Assembly: GCA_973895155.1 (NCBI GenBank)
Contig: OZ316891.1
Span: 29,499,611 to 29,563,610 of the forward strand
Origin: Marsupella aquatica
Taxonomy: Eukaryota; Plantae; Marchantiophyta
Length of the DNA: 64,000 nucleotides
Reading direction: 5' to 3'
The notes beneath the pieces were generated by a model. The model was not told the DNA's origin. It did no database searches and saw nothing but the letters and a program-made list of their open reading frames with translations. Shown piece after piece: positions 13,996 through 23,200 of this stretch (the stretch's first letter is position 1; each line of letters opens with the position of its first letter). A program made the translations under genes and the position numbers.

Positions 13996-16632
13996 ATGGG
14001 TGATTATGGAGGAGGTGGCATGAAGCGCAAGTTCGACGGAGGAGGAGGAGGTGTGGTCCTGTTCTTTTCCTGCTTTCATTCTCGCATTCTGCCTCTCCCT
14101 CTGGTACGATTTTTGTGTTGCATTCCTTCAATGTCTGCTGGCCAAGGTGCAAAGCTGGTGGGTAGGTTGTATCCTTGGGTTTGGCTCGCATTTGTAGCTG
14201 GTGCAGCGAATTGAGGGATGTGTGCTCTTTTGTTTGCCTTCTTTCAGTCTCTCACTCTGTCTATTTTTCTGGTTCGTTTTCTTTAATTGCATTCCTGCAA
14301 TGTCTGCTGGCCAAGGTGAAAAGGTTGGTGCGTAGTTTGTATCTCGTTTGGGTTGGCTCGTATTTGCAGCTGATGCTGCTAATGGATTGTCGGAACGAAG
14401 AGATATCGCGTTATACAATATCCAGTGGCATTGGTCTCGATGGGCTTCGATGTGTAGTCAAGGACACTGCATCTTGGATGAAGAGAGTTCACCTCGGAGT
14501 CTAACCCCTAAACCCTAAACCCTTAAATGCAATTCGCGTTCTTGACTTTCTGGGATCGCATTTCGTTGCAGGCGGAGGCCGAGGTGGTGGAGGAGGGTTC
14601 CGGGGTGGAAGAGGAGGCGGAGGTGGCAGAGGAGGCTTCGGAGGAGGAGGAGGCTTCGGAGGAGGTGGCAGGGGAGGCCGTGATGGTGGACGAGGAGGAG
14701 GCAGGGGTGGACGAGGCGGTGGAAGAGGCCGAGATGGTGGTCGAGGAGGAGGCCGAGGGGGAGGCAGAGGAGGGCGAGGAGGTGGAATGAAGGGAGGAGC
14801 CAAGGTCATCATTGAGCCTCATCGACATGAAGGGGTGTTCGTTGCTAAGGCCAAAGAGGATGCTCTGGTCACGAAGAACATGGCTCCAGGAGAGAGTGTC
14901 TACGGAGAGAAGAGGATCAGCGTGGAGGTATGAAACGCTATTGCGTTTCCCGTCGCTGCGCTGGTTCACTGGATTAATTTTCACTGTGCTTCAGTTGACA
15001 TGGATGATCCTAACTGGTGACGTTTATGTTGTGCTCGTAGGGTGAAGAAGGAGCTAAGACTGAGTACAGGGTTTGGAATCCTTTTCGTTCCAAGCTCGCA
15101 GCCGCCATTCTGGGTGGCGTTGACAACATCTGGATTGTATGTCTTAGTGACCTTCTATTCCTCGGGGATTTGCTGACGTTTCTTCAATTCTTGACCTTTT
15201 TTTGGCGTTGCTATCAGTTCCGTGAAGCTGTCATCTGACTTTGACTGCTTGCTTGATTATTGCCTCCAGTCAATGTCGTTGAATCCGTGATCACCTCGCC
15301 CTTGTGCAGAAACCTGGCTCACATGTCCTTTATCTCGGAGCTGCGTCTGGTACCACTGTTTCCCATGTCTCCGACATTGTTGGACCGGTAATCACCGTGT
15401 CCCTATCGAACGGGTATTTCAGTTGTGGATATTACATAGATGCCTCATGGGCGTTTCTATGGTTCTTTACAAGTTTGACCTCCTGTAAACTATGGGATAG
15501 TTCTAAATATCATCTTTCCGGTCTCATTTGATGCATCTCTGGCAGACTGGAATTGTTTACGCCGTCGAGTTCTCTCATCGGAGTGGGAGAGATTTGGTGA
15601 ATATGGCTAAGAGACGTACCAACGTAATCCCAATTATTGAGGATGCTCGACATCCCAATCGCTACCGCATGCTCATGGGCATGGTAGACGTCATTTTTGC
15701 GGATGTTGCCCAACCTGATCAGGTAATCCTTAGTCCTCGCTGTCGTTTTATTACGTTTGTCAGTGAATTCAGTCTACATCATAGAAACCCTCCATACATA
15801 TGGACGAATGATTTTAAGCGAGTGAAGATTTCGTGGATTCCCCTTCACTCTTCAGTGAGTGACCAATCCTTTTCTGACGCTATCTATTTTCAATTTTTTC
15901 GGGTCCTCATATGGAGTTAGGCGCCGTAGTGCATGCATCGTTTACTTCAGCCAACAGAGCGAATGATTATATCACTTGGATTCCCCTTCTCGATATTCCT
16001 GAGAGAGCAATCCGATTCTGACGCTACTGTTGGCTATTTCTTCTAGATTTCTTCGCCTCCTCTTGTGACTGTAGATGGAGATGGATGTTAATAGGAAGAG
16101 AGATCTTGTATATCCATGGATCCGTCATTGGTGCAGGCACGTATCGTGGCGCTGAATGCTCACAACTTTTTGAAGAATGGGGGACATTTTGTCATCTCTA
16201 TCAAGGTAGACTTTCCGGGGTTATCTCACCAGTATCGCCCTGTTTGCCTTGTACTGATGAATGTGATGACTGTGTTGATGAATTTTGTGCATATTCTCAA
16301 TTCGGGTCGTGCTTTAACATCTTTGAAATCGAAGTGTCCTGGAGTGATGTTGACCAGTCTTAGCTTCTGAGTACCTGTTCCTCCTGAGTCCCTCTCCTGT
16401 GGTTGACACTCTAGTGCCATTATCGTCTGTGAGGCTGAACCTGTTTCGGGTGCAGGCCAATTGTATTGATTCCACTGTCCCAGCAGAGGCAGTATTTGCT
16501 GCAGAGGTGAAGAAACTTCAGAAGGAGCAATTCAAGCCTACTGAGCAGGTTACATTGGAGCCCTTTGAGAGAGACCATGCTTGTGTGGTGGGCGGATATC
16601 GAATGCCAAAGAAGCAAAAAGCCGGCGCATAG
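13996..16632 (+). CDS. FIB: Fibrillarin (rRNA 2'-O-methyltransferase), 7 exons: 13996-14050, 14572-14927, 15041-15136, 15310-15387, 15546-15722, 16137-16205, 16456-16632; 335 aa
   Basis: GAR/RGG domain, [65 protein letters not shown]. All introns GT-AG and the exon lengths sum in frame (1008 nt). Confidence 0.97.
14506..14523 (+). promoter_or_regulatory. Telobox / short interstitial telomere repeat in fibrillarin intron 1
   Basis: CCCTAAACCCTAAACCCT. Confidence 0.6.
15817..15881 (+). ncRNA. Box C/D snoRNA, U60f/snoR60-like copy 1, in fibrillarin intron 5
   Basis: Terminal stem AGCG/CGCT, box C GTGAAGA (15822), C'-like TGAGTGA, box D CTGA (15874). Guide GGATTCCCCTT is antisense to 25S AAGGGGAAUCC and guide CCAATCCTTTT is antisense to 25S AAAAGGAUUGG (rRNA recalled from memory). 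Confidence 0.85.
15958..16025 (+). ncRNA. Box C/D snoRNA, U60f/snoR60-like copy 2, in fibrillarin intron 5
   Basis: Terminal stem AGCG/CGCT, box C ATGATTA (15963), same GGATTCCCCTT guide (15978-15988), C'-like TGAGAGA, D guide GAGCAATCCGATT, box D CTGA (16018). Confidence 0.85.
16251..16374 (+). ncRNA. Putative orphan box C/D snoRNA in fibrillarin intron 6
   Basis: GTAC...GTAC termini, perfect box C GTGATGA (16263-16269), C' GTGATGT (16344-16350), box D CTGA (16367-16370). D guide CAGTCTTAGCTT has no rRNA target I can recall. Confidence 0.65.
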
Positions 16633-18969
16633 ATCATTGCCATCTAATCACTGTTGGCCTATTTTCAGGCCCAGGCCTCAAGGAACATCGAGTAAATGAT
16701 TTCCTGGTCTGCTTCCAAAGGGAAAAAGTTTTGTCCGCCAACTGTATACGAAATTCGTGCACTTGGGCCATGTATGCTAGGGACCGACTATGACAATGTT
16801 GGATAGGGCCGCTATTTTATAAAGAGAAGTGGATCTTCCCACCTGTACAGTAAAGTAAATATCCGAATTGGAGCCAAACAATTTTGTCCGGTTAGTCTGT
16901 CTCGGTAAATTTCAGAATGCGGAAGGGTATAGAAGATGAAAACCCGGAAAAGTTGAAAATTCACCTACTACAACATTCGTCTACGAAACTGATGGCGGAG
17001 AAATAGTATTCATGGCAATGATGCAGGGTTCTGGACGGATGTCGAAGGGAAATCCAGTTTGCATCAACAAGATAACTTCTATACTGGCAAAGTTTTCCAT
17101 CTCCCATCTAACACCCGAACGTCACTGGATGAAGTCTGATCTAGACGTTACCATGGGATGATTTACATATTTACATTGTTCGCCCTGATTAGTATTATGC
17201 ACGAATTAGTGTTATAGTAGGATTTTGGTGATCGAGTGGATTTCCATCTCCCATCTAACACGAGTGGAATTCGTGTTACTTTTATTAAGAGTGTAGTGAA
17301 CAATGTTTCTACAACAGTCTCTAATTTTGGTGAACGTGATTTGCCTGCAAAGTAACCCTTGCCCAATTCTCCGGAGAGTTTCTTTCCACTTGTGTATACA
17401 GTGCTAGTTTAAAATAGGGAAACTTGATTCAACGAACATTCATTCTTGAGTTTTTTAAACAGTTATTTGCATTATTCTCACTCTTGAGACCAAAACACCT
17501 GTTCATGAGTACAGCCCTAAATTTCTTCAAGATTAGTGTGAGTAGCAGTAATGTTGGTGAAAGTGAGTGAGTTGTTGGGTAGAGCCTGAAACCGTCTTCA
17601 CACCAGATTAGTGTGAGGTAATCTTGGTGAACAGTTAACATGGATCAGGTGTAAGTAGAGCCTGAATGTTTTTCACCAGATAAAAGTGTAAAATTTTTCA
17701 CCAGATCAGTGCGTAATCGTGGTACAAGTAACACTAATGGTAGTGTAACTGAACAATAATAGCGGTACGGGTAACACTACCATCTTCCCCTGAACACAAG
17801 GCCCGGGTGCTATATTTGAATAATACACCTGATCCATGTTAACTGTTCAAATATTTTGAAATATAGCGCCCAGGGCGCCATGCTTGAATCTGAAGTCATT
17901 ATTTTCATTTTTTGGATTTGTGGAGTTGTGTTCAAAATGTGACTTTGTGTTCAAATTTAAGGTAATGTGCTTAAATTTTGGCATTGTGAGATGCATGTAG
18001 GGTGTAAATAAGAATGATAGACATAATAGTTATGTGTATTAGAGAAGAGTGTATTCAAGTTTAGGTTTTTTTACTTCTTAACAATATTTGCTCAATCAAA
18101 GGATGTGTAGTTAAATAATTGAACCACTGAAATTACACAAGGAGAGAAATCAAATTTGCAATAGAAAACAAAACCTGACAAACCATATGTACCAAGTGTA
18201 CTATTTATTACTTAGTAAAACATATTACTCTACTTTTCACAGTTGTTCGGTTGATTGTGGTCAATTTGCTTGTTTCTATTATTTAATTTTTCTTCATGCA
18301 ATCTAGAATGTTCATGAGACTGCTTTGTTTCTATTGGAGTGGCTCGATCTTGAGGGCAATAAATGGAAAATTGGAAATAGAGAAGTGAGTCATCAGACCT
18401 AATTATGCACGTAGGTACTATGGGTTTCTTTGACGAGACCCTGGCGTCAGTTGGAGGTTGATGTGAAAGTATGTCAAAAGTTCACACAACAGAACAAGAT
18501 GTAGATACTTCCAGAATGCTGCTTAATATTTTGGAAACAACACACTCTTCTCTGAGAATGAAAGATTTTGAAATTAGCCTACATTTGTCAAAGGACGATG
18601 GATTTCATCAGTTGAAAGAGCGGATGTGTTGGATAATTTTAAGTAACGTATTGTAGTAAGTTGCAACCCGGTTACCTTTCTCCTATAGTCACTTGTGCAC
18701 ATTTTTGAACACAAAGTCAATTTGAAACACAGCGCTCCCTGTGTTAATATGGCGAGCGAAAACGTCATTTTTGCCTAAAGTCCCTGTTTTGACCATATTC
18801 GAATACAGCGCCCGGGGGAAGACAGTAGTCCTAGTGTGACTGAACAATAACAATAATCTTGGTGAACACTCTCTGAGTAACACTAGTCCTAGTGTGACTG
18901 AACAATAATTGCGGTGAATAGTGTTGGTAGTGTGACTGAACAGCTAACAGTGTTGGTTCTGTACTGTCA

Positions 18970-19260
18970 TTTTTTACTAACCTACCCCAAACCTGAACAT
19001 TATGACTAACCTGTCCCCCTAACTATTTTAGTTCCTAAGTCGTCATGACGGGAAGGAGACCACCCAGGTTAGGTAGAACAGGCAAGGGTTTGGCGCAACC
19101 AATAGTGCCTTGCCATGTGTCATGTGACCTTGGGTGAAGCACAAGAGTTAAAGTAAACCCATGTATAAAAGCAAGATGAAAAGGTAATCAACCTAGGAAT
19201 TGCAATAGTTTGGGGACAGGGTGTTAATTATGATCAGTTTGGGGGATAGGTTAGTAAAAA
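18970..19260. mobile_element. MITE with about 55-bp imperfect terminal inverted repeats
   Basis: TTTTTACTAACCTACCCCAAAC...CCTGTCCCCTAACTATT versus AATAGTTTGGGGACAGG...TTTGGGGGATAGGTTAGTAAAAA. A related single end is seen near 26270-26350. Confidence 0.7.
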
Positions 19261-19700
19261 TTGTTTGCACTGTTATGTACCCACTGCCTCGTCAATTGCT
19301 GCCCAAAGTGTCTGCGGGGAAGACTGGCTAAGTACTAAAAATGCTTCCATGCTTCCCTGCAGGAAGCCCTGGCATAGTGATAGCTCATTTGAGTGGGGAT
19401 TCTGCGGTTAGTTCGAACCCCCCTGTATACGCAATGATTTACACAAACTCCACTATTGAATCCTGTCTCCGCCATATTTTATGCCTCTCCATATTCATCC
19501 GGGCAAGAAATTTATAGCTGCAAAATTATTGATAAGTCAACGCAATTTTTTCACAGGATGCAAAATTCCCCTGCATGCGCAAAGTTTTACACAACAGGTA
19601 CCCAAAAGTGGGGTTCAGACTAAGCTTGTGTGACAGTTGGAAAAATAATCTTATTTTGGCTTTGTGTTAAGTTGCAAGACATTAATCATTTTCCAGTGAA

Positions 19701-20252
19701 TATATAGTCTCCTTGAATTTAGTGTTCAATCACTTTGAACACTTCAATTTTTAGAGTCAGGTTTCACAATATGAAAGTGCTTCAGTTCATTCTTATAACT
19801 ACATGGTTATATATAGACTCCTTGAATTTAGTGTTCAATCACTTTGAACACTTCAATTTTGAGCGTCCGGTTTCACACTTATGAAAGTGCTTCAGTTCAT
19901 TTTTATAACTACATGGTATAATATATAGACTGCTTGAACTTAGTGTTCAATCACTTTGAACACTTCAATTTTGAGCGTCCGGTTTCACAATTATGAAAGT
20001 GCTTCAGTTCATTTTTATAACTACATGGTATAATATATAGACTGCTTGAATTTAGTGTTCAATCACTTTGAACACTTCAATTTTGAGCGTCCGGTTTCAC
20101 AATTGTGAAAGTGCTTCAGTTCATTCTTATAACTACACGGTAGTATATAGACTCCTTGAATTTAGTGTTCAATCACTTTGAACACTTCAATTTTGAGCGT
20201 CCGGTTTCACAAATATGAAAGTACTTCAGTTCATTCTTATAACTACTTGGTA
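19701..20252. repeat. Tandem array, 5 copies of about 110-112 bp
   Basis: Unit ATATAGACTCCTTGAATTTAGTGTTCAATCACTTTGAACACTTCAATTTTGAGCGTCCGGTTTCAC...ATAACTACATGGT starting near 19701, 19811, 19923, 20035 and 20145. Confidence 0.95.
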
Positions 20253-23200
20253 TTAGTCCTGTCCCACATAACGTTTGCCACATGATTTACCTACTAATGG
20301 AGCATTGATATGCCAAAGTCCATCCTAGCTGGCGCTATCGAGTAAATGTTAGATCTGATGTGAGACAGTCTTGCTTTTCGTGACGGGGATCTGTATGTCT
20401 GGGGACTGGACCTGAAATCAGGTTCAAGTACAACATATGTTTCTACATCGATGCAAGAGGCTTTTGTAGTACACGAGCAGCGGTGTAATTGTACACGAGA
20501 CACAAATGTAGCTCAGTTTTCGGAAGAGTATTTTCGCCAAGGGGAGGGTGACGGAATTCTCGACAGAAAGTCTCCCAACTCACTCTGGGAACTACTATCA
20601 TTCAGACCCTTTCAATACCAAAATTCTCCTCCAATTTCTGCATCGACGCGACTGTGATCTCGAGACCGGGCTCGAGACGAAGTAGAGTTCTATACAGCAG
20701 AAGTCCATTCGCCCAAAGTCAGAAAATACCTCTTAATGAGGTCACTGCGGCTTCTAGATGAAGCAAATGTCGTCCCACACAGAATCCAGAATTCTTCCCA
20801 TAGTCATAAGGGTGTTTTCAACAACCCGAAGCTTTTACTGTAGCAGCCTTTTTCAGTCCAACTCTGGAATCTGACATTCGCTCTAACGACAACTATGACT
20901 TCTGGTCGCACGACATCGATACTTGTGCACGCGACTTTGGGTTCCTGGCAGTAAACGTGAACTTTCCCGCACCCCCAGCCAGAGCTTCTCCAGCTGGAAA
21001 TTCGTGGTCCATTTCAGATCTCACTGGAGTTCTTCCTCCCCAGGAAACTACCACACTCCTACAGTACTGTATAACTGATAGGTTTACAGGCAAAGACACA
21101 ATCCTGAAGTCCCGAGCGCCATGCTCTGCGGACCTCGGATGATGTCTTTTTGCGAAAGCACGAAACGACGACACCCGTGCACGGCAGAATTAATAGCAGG
21201 TCAAGAGCAGAGCTGAGTCATCGAGTCCAGACAGGGCTCTTTCCGGATCGATTCAACGATGCACGCAATAAGCTCGTTAGAGTTCGACACTTCTGGTCGT
21301 TCTGCGAATCGATGTCGCTCGGTGATTCGGTCATCCCGATTCCGAAAAATTCGTCTGCCCCAGAAAACTACCTCTACAGTAGAACTAGGACTGTACAACT
21401 GATAGAGTGACAGACGAAGACACAATCCTGAAGCCCCGAATAACACCACCGCTCTCAGCTCCAGCGGCTCCCACTGTAATGCTGTCGTTGCGAAAGCACG
21501 AAAGCACGAAACGACGACACCCGTGCATGGCAGAATTAAATAATGGAAGCACGAGAGGTGAGTCATCGAGTCCAGGTTTGCTGTCCCGGTTGATTGGGCG
21601 ATCCACCCAAAAATAAACAAAATCGAAAGCTGCCTCGTTGAAATTCGATTATACTACCTCGACGTCGGTCGTCGGGACTTCTGGTGCTCCTCCGAATCGA
21701 TGTCGCGCGGTGATTCGCTCGTCCCGATTCCGCGCACCGTCGCGTCGCGGCTGATGAATGTCGAGAGATCTTGCTGCCACGCCACTTCCCAATTATTGAC
21801 GTCTAATCAATGGCGTTTGCTCGAGCTGCGAATTTAGGCTCTCATGACGAATTGACAAAACATGGGCTTTCGCTCGCTGCTTCGTCACCTTTTGGTCTAC
21901 GTAGACGTATCTCATCAGGACCAATGGCGGAAGCACACGTGTCATAAGGCACGTATACACCAATTGGAGACTGCCACATGGGCATTCCGGGTATGATTCA
22001 TACATACGGAGTACGATGTATCGCATGCAGACGCTTCGTACAATTGTACGGTCTCCCTATGGTTTTGGTGGAGGAGCTCAGATGTGAGTATTTTGGCATC
22101 TCCTCAGTTGCACATCAAAATAAATATTTAGAATATTCAGTGATTTAATTAAGCAAAGTAAAAGGAGATAGTGCAGAGTATATTGTTGTCACATTGGGAT
22201 GTGTGATTATCTGGATGCGGTACATTTTAACGAGTCGAATTGCAAGTACTCCTGAATCATTGGGCACTTTAGGCTAAAGTTGCCCTTTTTTTGTTGGGGG
22301 GGGGGGGGGTTGTATCTCTAATTTGCCAATTTCACACCACACGGAAGGGCCCATAGCTACAATCTCATGGTTCTTCTCAAATCTAGGGAGGTGTAATGAT
22401 GAGGAATGAATCTAAGAAACTTATGTAAAGAATAGTCTGGGCTCCCCTCCCTACCACTCACACACACACAAATGAGACCCTGGTCTGTAATTGTCCATTA
22501 TGGTCTGGTAACAGGAACTTATTATACTTCAAAGCCTAAGACATTTTGGATTTTTTAGTATTGTGTAAACTTCATGATGAGTTGTCCAATCTACAGTAGG
22601 TTGTGAATTCTGTTGCATAAATGCCCTTAAATTTACACAGAGAAAGAAAAACGTAAAGGGCATTTAGGATTCAAAAGTCCTTTTTTTATGAACACCAAAG
22701 CTAATCTTGAGGGCAATTAATGCTAATCTGCATTAATTGCCCCATAAGTGCTGCCCGCTGCCCAGATCTGTAGAAAATGTTTTTTGGGCTAAATACCTGG
22801 TGCGAGCCTTTGTTGCCATGAACTGGTCACAGGCTGAGTGGTAGCTGTGCTCAGTGGGGCCCGAGAATCTGTGGGTTTGAATCCTGCCTTGGCCCATTCT
22901 CCTTTTAACATTCACCCTACCCAAAAGTGGAGTTCATTCATGCTCTTTAAAACTCAAAAAATGTAAAGGGACTGGCAGCAGGCGCGGGCAGCTATGTACT
23001 CAAGTCTCTTAATGAACCTTGTGATTGACTCTAGTGCTGAATTTTTTTGTGCAGGGCGTTGTGGTTCCAACATACCAGGGCTTTAGCCCAAGTTTGGAGG
23101 GGCATTATTGCCCATAGCACCATTGGTAATAAATAGTTATTACACTTTAATCAGTGGATAATTTTCACTCCTGGTAAAATCAGTGGATAATTTTTCACTC

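Noticed and set aside
14501-14984. Pro-rich, Ser-rich and Glu-rich ORFs
   Set aside because: Alternative-frame or antisense shadows of the fibrillarin GAR exon.
16305-16326. Possible D' guide of the intron-6 snoRNA (TTAACATC versus GATGTTAA at about 16084; TTCGGGTC versus 25S)
   Set aside because: Only 8-nt matches and the D' box is ambiguous, so this is expected by chance.
16355-16366. U2 snRNA (GGCUAAGAU) or 25S (GGCUAAAUAC) as target of the intron-6 guide
   Set aside because: Shorter or interrupted pairing, and D+5 is not at a methylation site I know. Not formally excluded without a search.
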